This document shows, one piece after another, positions 25,969-37,451 of a DNA stretch of 64,000 nucleotides. A model generated the notes under the pieces. It saw nothing but the letters and a program-made list of their open reading frames with translations, was not told the origin of the DNA and ran no database searches. The position numbers and the translations under genes were made by a program. Every line of letters starts with the position of its first letter. Position 1 is the first letter of the stretch. This DNA is from Lentisphaeria bacterium (GTDB taxonomy: Bacteria > Verrucomicrobiota > Lentisphaeria > Victivallales > UBA1829): NCBI GenBank assembly GCA_017503375.1, contig JAFVTF010000008.1:64-64063 (forward strand), read 5' to 3'.

Positions 25969-28900
25969 ATGATAAAAATGTACAAGATGAAGCTGTCTGC
26001 GCTTTTGTTGACCGCAGCTTTAACAGTCGGTTCTTTTGCACAGAATCTGATTGAAAACAGCGGCTTTGAAACCGGGATTTCCAAATGGGGGCCTCCGAAA
26101 TGGAAACGCTATGACGGACGGGTCTGGCTTTTTCCGTCAGAAGACAAAGCAGTTTCTCAGGGTGCCGGCGGAAGCACTTCTCTGAAAATGGAGTGGACAA
26201 AAAAGCATATTTGCAATCTCTGGTATGACAAAGAGATTCCGCTGAATGGTTTGAAGGAAGTTGAGTTTTCTTTCTGGGGGAAAAGTATCGGATATGACAA
26301 TACACATATCCTTGAGCTTGCCGTCGAATTCCCGGATGCCAAAGATAAAAAACTGAAACTGACCAATGTCGGCAACAAATGGAACCGTCCGCCGGAAGAT
26401 TGGACTCATTTCAGTAAGATCGTCAAAGTTCCGGAAGGTGCAACCAAAGCGAAACTCTGTATCCGGATTCATGGATTCAAGAGTACAAAAGGCACCAGCT
26501 GGGCAGATAATATCTATTTCGGACCTGTTCAGAAAAAAGTAGATGAGCCGAAAGCAAAGAATGTGATCACGCTGAAACGCGGTGTTCCGGTTTGTGACCA
26601 CGGCGGAGTCTATTATCCGGGCGAACAGAAAATCTATTCTATTGAATTCTGTGATAATGCTGTCCCCGGAAAGAAAATGGATTTTATCTGGGAAATTCAG
26701 GATTTTGATAAGCAGAAGATCGCCGAAGGAAAGCAGTCTGTTACCATTCCTGCGGCGAAAGAAGGGGCTTTTCAGGTCAAACTCCCCGATTTGAAAGAGT
26801 TCCGCGGCTGGTTTGTCATGAAGGGAAAATTCATGGAAAACGGCAGAACTGTTGCTGAGGTGACAAGCACCGGGATCGTGATTGAAAAACAGAAAGGGAA
26901 ACGCGACCCCTTTTTCTCTGCGAAAACACCCGGAACTATTGAAAAACAGATTCGCATGGGGAACGGTTCCAGCAATTTTATCGCACAGCGCAGACACATG
27001 CAGACCGGACCGGACAGTTATTCCCGGAAAGAGGTGAAACGGCTGAAAGACTGGCTCGCAATGTGTGATAAATACGGCTTTGAACCGTATATCATTTTCC
27101 ATTCATCCCAGCATGCCACTCCCACCAATCCGCAGCAGCCTCTTTATATGCGGAAAATGATCAACGATAAAATCGCCAAAGATATCAATCCTTATGATGA
27201 GGCATACTACCAGACATGGAAAAATTTCTTTGCCATGCTTGCAAAAACAGCAAACGGAAGAGTCCGTGACTGGTATATGGGCGATGAGATTTACAATACT
27301 CACCACCGTTCAAAATGGGAAATTCCCCACTATATCGGCGTGCAGAAAGCTCTTTATGAAACGATCAAAAAGATTGATCCCAAGATGATGGTTGGCGGCG
27401 GAGGAACGTTTATGGACAAACACCCCATCGGCAAAAAGATGTGGCCTCATGTCAAAAATCATCTTGATGGTTTGACCTGCAGTTTATATCTCGGAAAAGT
27501 GACCGTTGCCAAAGGTGTTGCCATTGATGGTCCGGAAACCGGAAAACTTGCGGGCCGTTTTAAACATACCCGTTCCATAATCGGGAACAAACCGTTTATT
27601 GCCGCAACAGAAAGCGGTTACAACTTTCTGGATTTCCCGAAAATCGATTCCGATGCTGTCAAGGAAATGGGAAAAATCAATGCAAGAAACCTTGTCGTTC
27701 TGCGTGCAATGGGGGTCCGGAAATGGACATTCTTCACCTTTGACAACAATATTTCCTATGAATCCAAAAAGAATGGTTCCGGCAGAACAGATTACGGAAT
27801 GTGGAATAAAAAGACCGGATGTCCGAAACCCCATGCCGCAACCTGGGCTGTTGCCGCGCGTGCATTGGCTTTCGTGACGGATCCTGTGGATGCTTCTCCC
27901 CGGCCGGATGTTTACTGCTATGTGTTCAAAAAGGGAAATAAAACACTGGCTGCATTCTGGGCATATATCAAGGGGGATGTTGATGCGAAAATCAACATGC
28001 CTTCCGACTGGTCCGGTATGGATTTCCTCGGAAAACCGCTGAAAGGAAAGAAGGGTCTCAATACGTTGAAACTCAATGACAGAGTGCTTTATCTGGAATT
28101 CGATGCACCGCAGGATGCTGTTGTCAATGCATTCCGCAATGGAAATTATGTCCTGCCGGAAGTTTATGTGACCCTGCACCGTGTCAGCGGCGGAAAAGTC
28201 TGTGTTGATGTACAGAACAAATCCGGCAAGGATTTGAAAGCTGAAGTTATTCTCAACAAACAGCCGTCAAGAAAGGTTACGGTCAAACGCGATACGATCG
28301 GAAAAGTTCTCTTCAATTGTCCTCCGGGCAAAGGGAAACTTTTTGCGTCTGCCGTGGTTAACGGAGTGAAATATCCGGTGGAAAAAGATGATGAATGGTA
28401 TGGCGTTGCAAAATTGGCATCTGCGCCTTCCATTCAGAACGGAGTGCTGAAAGGTTTTGAAAAAGCCAAACCTCTGGTCATGGATACTCAGAAACATCTG
28501 AAACCCACAGAGATCGACGTTTACGGTTACTGGACCGGAAAGAATGACTTGTCTGCCAAAGTTTATCTCGGCTATGACAAAAATTATTTCTATCTGGGTG
28601 CAGAAATCACAGATGATGTTCAGATTTCCCGGAATTCCGGTGTTCAGTCCTGGAGTCAGGATTCTCTGCAATTTGCTTTTGACACTGCAAACAATGCTTA
28701 TGACCCTGTTCTTTCTCCCGGCGGTTATGCTGATGATGACCGGGAATATGTTGCAGCCGCAACTCCGAAAGGACCGGAACTCTTCAGCTGTAAAGAACGG
28801 AAAGTGATCGGTAAACCGCAAATCGTCCGGAATGGAAACAAAACCATTTATCTGATGCGTTTTGCCTGGTCAGAGCTTGGCAGTTTGAAACCTGTCAAAG

Positions 28901-29037
28901 GTACTGTATTCGGATTCAATCTGGTCGCATTTGATTATGATTCCATGGAGGCAAAAATCTCCTGCCAGATGGAATTTTCAATGGGTATCACTTACGGTAA
29001 GTTCCCTGCAATGTTCAGACGTTTTATTCTGGAGTAA
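25969..29037 (+). CDS. Secreted multidomain glycosidase-like protein, paralogue A (CBM4_9-like, Ig-like, clan GH-A-like barrel, CBM9-like)
   Basis: Signal peptide ending SFAQ. QNLIENSGFE...WADNIYFGPV (CenC-type CBM). DWYMGDEIYN and ATESGYNFLDFP are candidate acid/base and nucleophile. C-terminal [25 protein letters not shown]. The start could instead be ATG 25978 or 25987. Confidence 0.8.
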   Translation: MIKMYKMKLSALLLTAALTVGSFAQNLIENSGFETGISKWGPPKWKRYDGRVWLFPSEDKAVSQGAGGSTSLKMEWTKKHICNLWYDKEIPLNGLKEVEFSFWGKSIGYDNTHILELAVEFPDAKDKKLKLTNVGNKWNRPPEDWTHFSKIVKVPEGATKAKLCIRIHGFKSTKGTSWADNIYFGPVQKKVDEPKAKNVITLKRGVPVCDHGGVYYPGEQKIYSIEFCDNAVPGKKMDFIWEIQDFDKQKIAEGKQSVTIPAAKEGAFQVKLPDLKEFRGWFVMKGKFMENGRTVAEVTSTGIVIEKQKGKRDPFFSAKTPGTIEKQIRMGNGSSNFIAQRRHMQTGPDSYSRKEVKRLKDWLAMCDKYGFEPYIIFHSSQHATPTNPQQPLYMRKMINDKIAKDINPYDEAYYQTWKNFFAMLAKTANGRVRDWYMGDEIYNTHHRSKWEIPHYIGVQKALYETIKKIDPKMMVGGGGTFMDKHPIGKKMWPHVKNHLDGLTCSLYLGKVTVAKGVAIDGPETGKLAGRFKHTRSIIGNKPFIAATESGYNFLDFPKIDSDAVKEMGKINARNLVVLRAMGVRKWTFFTFDNNISYESKKNGSGRTDYGMWNKKTGCPKPHAATWAVAARALAFVTDPVDASPRPDVYCYVFKKGNKTLAAFWAYIKGDVDAKINMPSDWSGMDFLGKPLKGKKGLNTLKLNDRVLYLEFDAPQDAVVNAFRNGNYVLPEVYVTLHRVSGGKVCVDVQNKSGKDLKAEVILNKQPSRKVTVKRDTIGKVLFNCPPGKGKLFASAVVNGVKYPVEKDDEWYGVAKLASAPSIQNGVLKGFEKAKPLVMDTQKHLKPTEIDVYGYWTGKNDLSAKVYLGYDKNYFYLGAEITDDVQISRNSGVQSWSQDSLQFAFDTANNAYDPVLSPGGYADDDREYVAAATPKGPELFSCKERKVIGKPQIVRNGNKTIYLMRFAWSELGSLKPVKGTVFGFNLVAFDYDSMEAKISCQMEFSMGITYGKFPAMFRRFILE

Positions 29038-29040
29038 AAT

Positions 29041-32000
29041 ATGAAAACATTGTCCGCACTTTTTCTGACAGCCGCAATGACGGTTGGAGCTTTCGCTCAG
29101 AATCTTGTGGAAAACAGCAGTTTTGAAAACGGGGTTTCTCTGTGGAGTCCTCCCGGCTGGAAACGTCCTGATGCCCGGATATGGCTTGCCCCTGTTTGGG
29201 ATAAAGCCAACTCTCAGGGAGCAGGCGGAACCGCTTCATTGAAACTGGATTGGACAAATAAACATATTTGTTATGTCTGGTATAAAAAAGAGATACCTCT
29301 CAACGGGATGAAAGAAGTTGAATTTTCCTTCTGGGCAAAGAGCGCAGGTTATGAAGATATCAGCATTATTGAAATGTCTGTTGAGTTTCCGAGAATCAAA
29401 GACCCGAAAAAGAAGAATATTGTTCTGGGAAGCAAATGGAACCGCCCGCCGAAAGAATGGACCTGTTACAGCAAAGTGATTACAGTGCCGGAGGGTGCGA
29501 CGAATGCAAAACTCTGCATCAGAATCCATGGGTTCAAGAGCAAAAAAGGTACCAGCTGGATCGATAATGTCTACTTCGGACCTGTTCAGAAAAAAGGGAA
29601 TGAACCGAAAGCAAAGAACGTTATCACACTGAAACGCGGTGTTCCGGTATGTGATCACGGCGGGATTTATTATCCCGGTGAACAAATGACCTACTCTGTT
29701 GAATTCAAGGAAAATTCCGCTCCCGGAAGGAAAATGGATTTCTCATGGGAGATTCAGGATTTTGACGGGAAAAAAGTTGCAGATGGAAAGCAGACCGTAA
29801 CACTTCCTTCTTCAAAAGAGGGTGCTTTTCAGATCAAACTTCCTGTGTTGAAAGATTTTCGCGGGTGGTTTGCGCTCAAGGGAAAATTTACCGAAAACGG
29901 AAGAACAGTTTCAGAAATGCTGAGTTCCGGTGTGATCGTGGAAAAACAGCAGGGAAAACGTGACCCGTTTTATTCAGCCAAGGACCCCGGCACAATTGAA
30001 AAACAGATCCGTATGGGGAACGGTTCCTGCAATTATCTTGCCCAGCGCAGGTTCATGCAGTCCGGTCCGGACAGTCTTGATCCGAAAGCGGAAAAACGGC
30101 TGAAAAATTGGCTTGAAATGTGTGAAAAATATGGATTTGAACCTTACATTATTTTTCATGTTTCCCAATATACAACGCCGAACAATCAGCAGCAGCCGCT
30201 TTACATGCGGAAAATGATCAACGATAAACTTGCCAAAGGGATTTATCCGTACGATGAAGCATATTTCCGGACTTGGAAAAATTACTTTGCTCAGCTTGCA
30301 AAAATTTCCAATGGAAAAGTCCGTGACTGGTATATCGGTGATGAGATTTATAATGTTTATCACCGCTGCAAATGGGAAGTTCCCCACTATGTAGGCGTTC
30401 AGAAAGCCCTTTATGAAACGATCAAGAAAATCGATCCGGCAATGATGGTCGCAGGCGGCGGAACGTTCATGGATAAAGACCCGCTTGGAAAAAGAATGTG
30501 GCCGCAGGTGAAAGATTATCTGGATGGACTCTCCTGCAGTCTGTATCTGGGAAAAGGAACCGTTGCCAAAGGTGTTGATCTGGATGGTCCGGAAACAGGT
30601 AAACTGGTGGAAAGATTCAAGGACACCCGTTCTGTGATCGGAAATAAAAAATTTGTTTCCGGAACAGAAAGCGGATACAGTTTTCTTGATTTCCCGAAAC
30701 TTGATTCGGAAAAAGTGAAAGAGATCGGGAAGATCAATGCCAGAAATCTTGTCGTTCTGCGTGCAATGGGTGTCCGGAAATGGACATTCTTCACCTTTGA
30801 TAATGACGGTATGTACGAATCCAAGAAATGGGGTTCCGGCAGAATTGATTACGGGATGTGGAACAAAGCCTCCGGTTCTCCGAAACCTCATGCGGCAACC
30901 TGGGCAGTTTCTGCCAGAGCATTGGCGTTTGTGACTGATCCGGTGGATGCTTCCCCCTGTCCGGATGTGTATTGTTATGTGTTCCGCAAAGGAAACAAAA
31001 CGCTTGCGGCATTCTGGGCTTTCGTCAAGGAAGATATTGATGCAGTGATCAACATGCCCTCCGATTGGAGCGGTGTGGATTTTCTCGGCAGACCGTTGAA
31101 GGGGAAAGCCGGAAAGAATCATTTCAAACTGAATGACAGAGTTCTTTATCTGGAATTCAATGCTCCGCAGAAGACTGTTGCAGAGGCGTTCCGCAGCGGA
31201 AAATATGTGCTGCCGGAAATTTATCTGAGTTTGCATCGTGTCAGCGGCGGAAAAGTCTGTGTCACCTTGAAAAACAAATCCGCAAAAGATTTGAAAGCTG
31301 AAGTTGCGTTGAATAAACTGGCTGCGAAAAATATTTCCATCAAACGCGGAACGGTTGCAGAGGTTCTCTTTGATTGTCCTCCGGGCAATGGAAAACTTTC
31401 AGCCGCCGCACTGGTCAACGGTGTGAAATATCATGCGGAAAAAGAAGATGAATGGTATGGAGCAGCAAAACTTTCCGTTGCGCCTTCCATTCAGAATGGA
31501 GAATTGAAAGGGTTTGAAAAAGCCAAACCTCTTGTCATGGATTCCATTAAATATCTGAAACCTGCGGATATCGACAGTCACGGAATCTGGACCGGAAAGG
31601 ATGATTTGTCTGCAACGATTTATCTGGGATATGATAAAAACTATTTTTATCTGGGAGCTGTTGTCACGGATGATATCCCGGTTACCCGTTATGCCGGAGA
31701 GTTGTCCTGGAATCAGGATGCCGTTCAGTGTGCGTTTGACAGCGGCAACAACAGTTTTGACCCGGTTCTTTCACCGGGCGGTTATGATGCGGATGACAGT
31801 GAATTTATCGCTTCTGCCACCCCGAAAGGACCGGAACTGTTCTGCTATGTCGGTTCCAATGCGATCCAGCGGAAGATGATCGGCAAACCGCAAATTGTCC
31901 GCAAAGGAGACAAGACTGTTTATCTGATCCGGTTCCCCTGGTCATATCTTGGCAAGCTGAAACCGGTTCCGGGAACAGTTTTTGGATTCAATGTGGTTGC

Positions 32001-32109
32001 TTTTGATTTTGATGCAAAGAATGCAACGACATCCTGTCAAATGGAATTTTCACCGGGGATCACCTATGGAAAGACCCCCGCATTGTTCAAACGTTTCATT
32101 CTGGAATAA
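29041..32109 (+). CDS. Secreted multidomain glycosidase-like protein, paralogue B
   Basis: 1022 aa, collinear with paralogue A over its full length and starting 3 nt after A. Same motifs (DWYIGDEIYN, GTESGYSFLDFP). Confidence 0.85.
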   Translation: MKTLSALFLTAAMTVGAFAQNLVENSSFENGVSLWSPPGWKRPDARIWLAPVWDKANSQGAGGTASLKLDWTNKHICYVWYKKEIPLNGMKEVEFSFWAKSAGYEDISIIEMSVEFPRIKDPKKKNIVLGSKWNRPPKEWTCYSKVITVPEGATNAKLCIRIHGFKSKKGTSWIDNVYFGPVQKKGNEPKAKNVITLKRGVPVCDHGGIYYPGEQMTYSVEFKENSAPGRKMDFSWEIQDFDGKKVADGKQTVTLPSSKEGAFQIKLPVLKDFRGWFALKGKFTENGRTVSEMLSSGVIVEKQQGKRDPFYSAKDPGTIEKQIRMGNGSCNYLAQRRFMQSGPDSLDPKAEKRLKNWLEMCEKYGFEPYIIFHVSQYTTPNNQQQPLYMRKMINDKLAKGIYPYDEAYFRTWKNYFAQLAKISNGKVRDWYIGDEIYNVYHRCKWEVPHYVGVQKALYETIKKIDPAMMVAGGGTFMDKDPLGKRMWPQVKDYLDGLSCSLYLGKGTVAKGVDLDGPETGKLVERFKDTRSVIGNKKFVSGTESGYSFLDFPKLDSEKVKEIGKINARNLVVLRAMGVRKWTFFTFDNDGMYESKKWGSGRIDYGMWNKASGSPKPHAATWAVSARALAFVTDPVDASPCPDVYCYVFRKGNKTLAAFWAFVKEDIDAVINMPSDWSGVDFLGRPLKGKAGKNHFKLNDRVLYLEFNAPQKTVAEAFRSGKYVLPEIYLSLHRVSGGKVCVTLKNKSAKDLKAEVALNKLAAKNISIKRGTVAEVLFDCPPGNGKLSAAALVNGVKYHAEKEDEWYGAAKLSVAPSIQNGELKGFEKAKPLVMDSIKYLKPADIDSHGIWTGKDDLSATIYLGYDKNYFYLGAVVTDDIPVTRYAGELSWNQDAVQCAFDSGNNSFDPVLSPGGYDADDSEFIASATPKGPELFCYVGSNAIQRKMIGKPQIVRKGDKTVYLIRFPWSYLGKLKPVPGTVFGFNVVAFDFDAKNATTSCQMEFSPGITYGKTPALFKRFILE

Positions 32110-32121
32110 GGAGATATTTTG

Positions 32122-34356
32122 ATGAGTACTTATTTTTCACGGGAAAATCCACAGGATTTAAACAGGTATTATTCTCCGGATATTCTGATTGTCGGCGGCG
32201 GTATGGCTGGAATTTCGGCAGCGGTTGCGGCGGCACGGCTCGGGGCAAAAACTTTGCTGGTCCACAACCGTCCGGTTCTGGGCGGTCCTGCCGGAACGGA
32301 ATGTGAATGTGAATCCATCGGAGCATTGATCGTAGGCGGAACGAACTGGACGACCCGCGATGCCCGGGAAACAGGTCCCATCGAAGATTTCCGTATGACA
32401 ACGGAATATCTTTATGAAAACGGATGGCGCAATCATCTCAGTCAGGTTTTGCGTGATGTGGCGGAAAAAGAGGAAAATCTGACTCTTCTTCTGAATACGG
32501 AAGCCTATGATGTCAAGGTGGAAGATGGAAAAATCACGGAAATCCTTGCCCGGACTTTGAACAGTGATCTCACCAATTATATCAAGCCGAAAATGGTTCT
32601 GGATTGTTCCGGAGACTCTTTTGTGTCAGTCAAAGCCGGAGCACAGTACCGTCACGGCAGAGAAGCAAAAAGCGAATTCAATGAAACATTGGCTCCGGAT
32701 GAAGCAGACAGCTGCACGCTCGGTTCCAGTCTTTATTTCCGGGCAATCGATACCGGACACCCCGTTCCGTTCAAAGCACCGGAATGGGCGGAAAAGTTCA
32801 CCGATGAAATGTTGGGGCCCGGCCGTACTCACAAGGATCCCCGCAAAGGTTTCTGGTGGATCGAATGCGGCGGGGAAATGGATACTATCTGTGACAATGA
32901 AGTAATTTATAAAAAACTCCTCGGAATCGTTTACGGTGTTTGGGATCACATTAAAAATCACGGAGATCACAATGCGGAAAATTATGCGATCGAATGGATC
33001 TCAAGCATTCCGGCAAAACGGGAATCCCGCCGTATTATGGGGGATTATATTCTGACAGAAGGTGATGTGGTTGCTCATGCGGTTTATCCGGATGGTGTTG
33101 CTTACAGCGGCGGGAATCTGGATATTCACCCGCTCAAAGGGATTTTCAGCGGAAACCACCCCTGCGGTCCCCAGCACGGAATCATGTCTCCCGGACTTTA
33201 TCAGATCCCGCTGCGCTGTCTTTACGTGCCGGAAGTGAAAAACCTGATGATGGCAGGAAGAAATATCAGTGTTACCCATGCAGCATTGTCGTCGACCCGT
33301 CTGATGGGAACCTGTGCGTTGTGCGGTCAGGCTGCCGCTGCAACGGCGGTTCTCTGCTGTAAATATGGAGAAACTCCCCGGGATATTTCAGAATCCCGCA
33401 TGAAGGAGCTGCTCCGGATTCTTTACCGTGTGGACCATACCCTGCCGGATGTCGTTGTGGATGATCCGGATAACCTTTGCCGCAATGCAGATGTGAAAGT
33501 CTCTTCCAGTATGGGACTTTCTCTGCTGGATATGGAATGTGCCGGAACAGAAGCATTGGGAACCGGAGAAGCTCCTGCGGCACAGTCTTTCATTGCCACA
33601 ACACAGGAAATCCGGGAAGCAGCATTCCTTATGAATCATAACGGTTCCGAACCTGCAGAAGTCTGCGCGGAACTGGTTCTTCAGGAGGAAATGTATGACT
33701 TCAGCAAAGGAACTGTTCTTGCAGAGTCAAAAGTGCAGGTTGCACCGGGCAAAGCTCAGAAAGTTCTGTTCCGGTTCAATGCAGCTGTTGAATATGGAAA
33801 ACGTTATTACATCAGATTGAGCGGTCCGGCTTCTGTGGAAAGCTGTTTGAATAAACGGTATCTGCCCGGTATCTGGCGTTCCAATCTGCCGATTTCATGG
33901 CCGCCGCAGGGGGATAATACCAATCACAGTTTCAATCTGATTCCGGAGCAGAGACCTTTTGAAGGTGAAAATATAATCAAAAGCGAAAACCGCGGCGGTG
34001 ATGCGCTTTCCATCTGGATTTCCGATCCAAAGGCAGCCTTCCCGCAGACTGCTCAGGTCACGTTCCCGGAAAAGAAAACAGTTTCCTGCGTGGAACTGGT
34101 CTTTGATACCTCTCTCGAACACATCAATATTTATTCTTCTCAGCAAGAGTGCGTGAAAGAGTATGTTCTGGAAGGTATTTGCGGAGATAAAACAATTGTT
34201 CTGGCTGAGGAAAAAGACAATTATCTGCGGTTCCGGAAACATGTTTTCCCGCCTGTGGAACTTTCCGCGTTGCGTTTGACGGTCCGTTCAACCCGGGGAG
34301 ATGCTTCTGCCCGTGTCTATCAGATCAGAGCCTACGAAAAAGCGGAAATCTCTTAA
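32122..34356 (+). CDS. FAD-dependent oxidoreductase with C-terminal jelly-roll (discoidin-like) tail
   Basis: [28 protein letters not shown] dinucleotide fold at the N-terminus. No signal peptide. The track start at 32119 is TTG; ATG at 32122 follows AAGGAG by 8 nt. Confidence 0.8.
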   Translation: MSTYFSRENPQDLNRYYSPDILIVGGGMAGISAAVAAARLGAKTLLVHNRPVLGGPAGTECECESIGALIVGGTNWTTRDARETGPIEDFRMTTEYLYENGWRNHLSQVLRDVAEKEENLTLLLNTEAYDVKVEDGKITEILARTLNSDLTNYIKPKMVLDCSGDSFVSVKAGAQYRHGREAKSEFNETLAPDEADSCTLGSSLYFRAIDTGHPVPFKAPEWAEKFTDEMLGPGRTHKDPRKGFWWIECGGEMDTICDNEVIYKKLLGIVYGVWDHIKNHGDHNAENYAIEWISSIPAKRESRRIMGDYILTEGDVVAHAVYPDGVAYSGGNLDIHPLKGIFSGNHPCGPQHGIMSPGLYQIPLRCLYVPEVKNLMMAGRNISVTHAALSSTRLMGTCALCGQAAAATAVLCCKYGETPRDISESRMKELLRILYRVDHTLPDVVVDDPDNLCRNADVKVSSSMGLSLLDMECAGTEALGTGEAPAAQSFIATTQEIREAAFLMNHNGSEPAEVCAELVLQEEMYDFSKGTVLAESKVQVAPGKAQKVLFRFNAAVEYGKRYYIRLSGPASVESCLNKRYLPGIWRSNLPISWPPQGDNTNHSFNLIPEQRPFEGENIIKSENRGGDALSIWISDPKAAFPQTAQVTFPEKKTVSCVELVFDTSLEHINIYSSQQECVKEYVLEGICGDKTIVLAEEKDNYLRFRKHVFPPVELSALRLTVRSTRGDASARVYQIRAYEKAEIS

Positions 34357-34372
34357 TACTGGAGAATAGAAA

Positions 34373-37300
34373 ATGAACTGCAAAAACATGTTGTTAAGTC
34401 TATTGGCTGCGGTTCTTCCGTTGGGAACTTTTGCTCAAAACCTGATTGAGAACAGCAGTTTTGAAAACGGCGTTTCCCAATGGAAACCCGCCGGATGGAA
34501 ACTGGGCGACAATAAAAAATGGCTGTTCCCTGTTCCCGATTCCTCAACCTCTCAGGGGGCAGGCGGCAGTACCTCCATGCGGCTGGATTGGACAAATCAG
34601 CATATCTGCTATATCTGGTATCACAAGGAGATCAAACTTCCGGCGGAAAAGAAACTGGAACTTTCGTTCTGGATGAAAGCTGCCGGATATACCACCTTCA
34701 ATCAGGTGGATGTCTCCGTTGTTTTTCCGGAAATCAAAGATAAAAAGAAAAATATCATTTCCCTGAAGAATCCGTGGAATCGCAGACCGGAAGAGTGGAC
34801 GCAATATAAGAAAATCATAGATATTCCGGGAAATGTGACAAAGGCAAAACTTCTGCTCAAGGTTCACGGATATAAAAATGTGAAGGGTACGAACTGGCTG
34901 GACAATCTTTATTTCGGTCCGGTCAGAAAGGCAGCCACTGAAAAGCCGGTGGAAAAACTGGTCGATTTGAAACGGGGAATTTCCGTTTGCGATCACGGCG
35001 GAGTTTATTATCCGGGCGAAGAAATCATTTATTCTTTTGAGTATAAAGATAATAAACTGCCCGGTTCAAAAGCTGAATTTTCATGGAAAATCTTTAATTT
35101 TGATGGAAAAAATGTTGCAGCAGGAAAGCAGAATATCATGCTCCCGGCAGAGAAGGACGGCTCATTCCGGATCAAATTATCCGGCCTGGAAAAACAGCTC
35201 GGATGGTTTTTCATCAAAGGAACTCTTTCTGCAAACGGAAAAAAACTTTCTGACGTGAAAACTTCCTGCGTTATTGTGAATAAACAAATCGGAAAACGCG
35301 ATCCGTTCTTTACTGCAAAAGGTGCCGGATCTTTTGAAAAACAGATTCGCATGGGAAACGGTTCCAATGTTATTGGTCTTCAGAGACGTTTTATTCAGAC
35401 CGGGCCGGATTCTTACAGGATGCCCAGAGAAGAAAAACAGCTGGAAGATGCGCTCAAGCATGGGATGGAACCGTTCTTCCTCTTCCATATCTCCCAGCAT
35501 TCCACGCCGAAGAATCCACAGCAGCCAAAGTTCCTGCGGGAAAAAGTGGATTCAAAACTGGCAAAAGGAATCAATCCTTACGATGCAGAATATTACCAGA
35601 CATGGCGGAATTTCTTTGCCATGCTTTCCCAAAAATATAAGGATAAAATTCAGGACTGGTATCTGATGGATGAAATTTACAATATCTATCATCAGTCAAA
35701 GTATGAGCTGGAGCATTACGTTCAGGTTCAGAAGATCATGTATGAGGAAGTGAAGAAGCAGAAACCTTCCAATATTGTCGGCGGCTGCGGCACATTTATT
35801 GATATGAATCCTCAGCTCGGAACCTATCTGTGGAAAACGCTCCGGAATCATACCGATGGTCTGGCATGCAGTCTTTATCTGGGCAAAGGAACTGTCGCTA
35901 AAGGATTGATGCTGGACGGTCCGGAAACCGGAAAATTGCTCAACAGATTCAAAGTGACCCGTTCTGTGATCGGGCAGGATACATTCATCACCGGAACCGA
36001 AAGCGGTTATTGTTTTCTGGATTTCCCGGAACTGGATTCGGAAAAAGTCAAAGAGGTTGCAAAGATCAACGCAAGAAATCTTGTGATCCTGAAAGCGATG
36101 AAAGTCCGGAAATGGATTTATTTCATGTTTGAAAATGATCCCAGCTGTGAATCAGCACGGCGCGGTTACGGCAGAACCGATTGGGGAATGTGGAACCGGA
36201 AATGGGGTTCTCCGAAACCTCATGCCGCGACATGGGCGGTTTCCGCAAGAGCTTTGGCTTTTGTCTCGAATCCCATAGATGCTTCTCCCTGTCCGGATAT
36301 TTACTGTTACGTATTCAAAAAAGGTAAGAAAACCCTTGCTGCATTCTGGGCTTATTCCAAAGAAGATGTGGATGCTAAGATCAATATGCCTTCGGATTGG
36401 TCCGGAATGGATTTCCTCGGCAGACCGTTCAGCGGAAAGAAGGGGAACGCAAACCTGAAACTGAACGACAGAGTGCTTTATCTGGAATTTGATGCACCCC
36501 GGGAGACTGTTGCAAATGCGTTCCGTAAAGGAAAATATGTCCTGCCGGAGGCTTATGTGGCAATCAACCGCATTAACGGCGGAAAGGTCGGAGTCAGTAT
36601 CAAAAACAAAACCACTGGTGATTTGAAGGCGGAAGTCAGCTTGAATGGCTGTCCGTCACAGAAGATCGTTGTCAAACACGGAACCATCGGCGAAGCCGCT
36701 TTTGTGAAAGCTCCCGGAACCGGAAAACTTTCTGCAACTGTGAATGTCAACGGCGTGAAATACCATGCGGAAAAAGAAGATGAATGGTACATAGTAAAAA
36801 AACTTTCTGTTCCGCCGTCGCTTTCGGGGAATCAGCTGAAAGGCTTTGAAAAAGTCAAGCCGCTGGTGATGGATTCCATGAAGCACATCAAGCCCGCAGA
36901 AATTGAAACTCATGGAATCTGGACAGGAAAAGATGATTTATCCGCAAAGATTTATCTCGGTTATGATAAAGATAATTTCTATCTGGGCGCAGAAATCACT
37001 GATGATGCTCACATTTCCCGTTACAGTGATCAGCTTGCATGGAATCAGGATGCCATGCAGTTCGCGTTCGATATGGGCAATAACGATTATGACTTGGTTC
37101 TGTCACCGGGCGGTTATGGCGATGATGACCGGGAATTTGTTCTGTCTGCCACTCCCAAAGGACCGCAGCTGTTCTGCTTTACCGGTCCTGCGGATGTCAG
37201 AAGAAAACAGGTTGGAACACCGCAAGTCGTCCGGAATGGGAATAAGACTTTGTATTTTGTCAAACTTCCGTGGACACTGCTGGGCAAACAGCCTGTCAAG

Positions 37301-37438
37301 GGGAATGTATTCGGGTTCAATTCCGTGATCTTTGATTTCGACAAACCGGATGCGACCATATCCTGTCAATTGGAATTTTCACCGGGGATCACTTACGGAA
37401 AGACCCCGGCTTTGTTTAAACGTTTTATCTTGGAATAA
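34373..37438 (+). CDS. Secreted multidomain glycosidase-like protein, paralogue C
   Basis: 1021 aa, collinear with A and B but more diverged. Motifs [10 protein letters not shown] and [12 protein letters not shown]. Same C-terminus [17 protein letters not shown] as B. Confidence 0.85.
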   Translation: MNCKNMLLSLLAAVLPLGTFAQNLIENSSFENGVSQWKPAGWKLGDNKKWLFPVPDSSTSQGAGGSTSMRLDWTNQHICYIWYHKEIKLPAEKKLELSFWMKAAGYTTFNQVDVSVVFPEIKDKKKNIISLKNPWNRRPEEWTQYKKIIDIPGNVTKAKLLLKVHGYKNVKGTNWLDNLYFGPVRKAATEKPVEKLVDLKRGISVCDHGGVYYPGEEIIYSFEYKDNKLPGSKAEFSWKIFNFDGKNVAAGKQNIMLPAEKDGSFRIKLSGLEKQLGWFFIKGTLSANGKKLSDVKTSCVIVNKQIGKRDPFFTAKGAGSFEKQIRMGNGSNVIGLQRRFIQTGPDSYRMPREEKQLEDALKHGMEPFFLFHISQHSTPKNPQQPKFLREKVDSKLAKGINPYDAEYYQTWRNFFAMLSQKYKDKIQDWYLMDEIYNIYHQSKYELEHYVQVQKIMYEEVKKQKPSNIVGGCGTFIDMNPQLGTYLWKTLRNHTDGLACSLYLGKGTVAKGLMLDGPETGKLLNRFKVTRSVIGQDTFITGTESGYCFLDFPELDSEKVKEVAKINARNLVILKAMKVRKWIYFMFENDPSCESARRGYGRTDWGMWNRKWGSPKPHAATWAVSARALAFVSNPIDASPCPDIYCYVFKKGKKTLAAFWAYSKEDVDAKINMPSDWSGMDFLGRPFSGKKGNANLKLNDRVLYLEFDAPRETVANAFRKGKYVLPEAYVAINRINGGKVGVSIKNKTTGDLKAEVSLNGCPSQKIVVKHGTIGEAAFVKAPGTGKLSATVNVNGVKYHAEKEDEWYIVKKLSVPPSLSGNQLKGFEKVKPLVMDSMKHIKPAEIETHGIWTGKDDLSAKIYLGYDKDNFYLGAEITDDAHISRYSDQLAWNQDAMQFAFDMGNNDYDLVLSPGGYGDDDREFVLSATPKGPQLFCFTGPADVRRKQVGTPQVVRNGNKTLYFVKLPWTLLGKQPVKGNVFGFNSVIFDFDKPDATISCQLEFSPGITYGKTPALFKRFILE

Positions 37439-37451
37439 GGAGAAAGGTTTT

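Noticed and set aside
37332-37451. N-terminal extensions offered by the ORF track. Cases: 37332 for the pseudopilin, 51491 for the kinase, 20794 for pyrD, 16013 for giant paralogue 2, 54661 for the small CBM-like protein
   Set aside because: Each extension overlaps the preceding gene's coding sequence or lacks an RBS. Internal ATGs with proper RBS spacing give canonical N-termini (pilin leader, signal peptides, ATGA-type overlaps).
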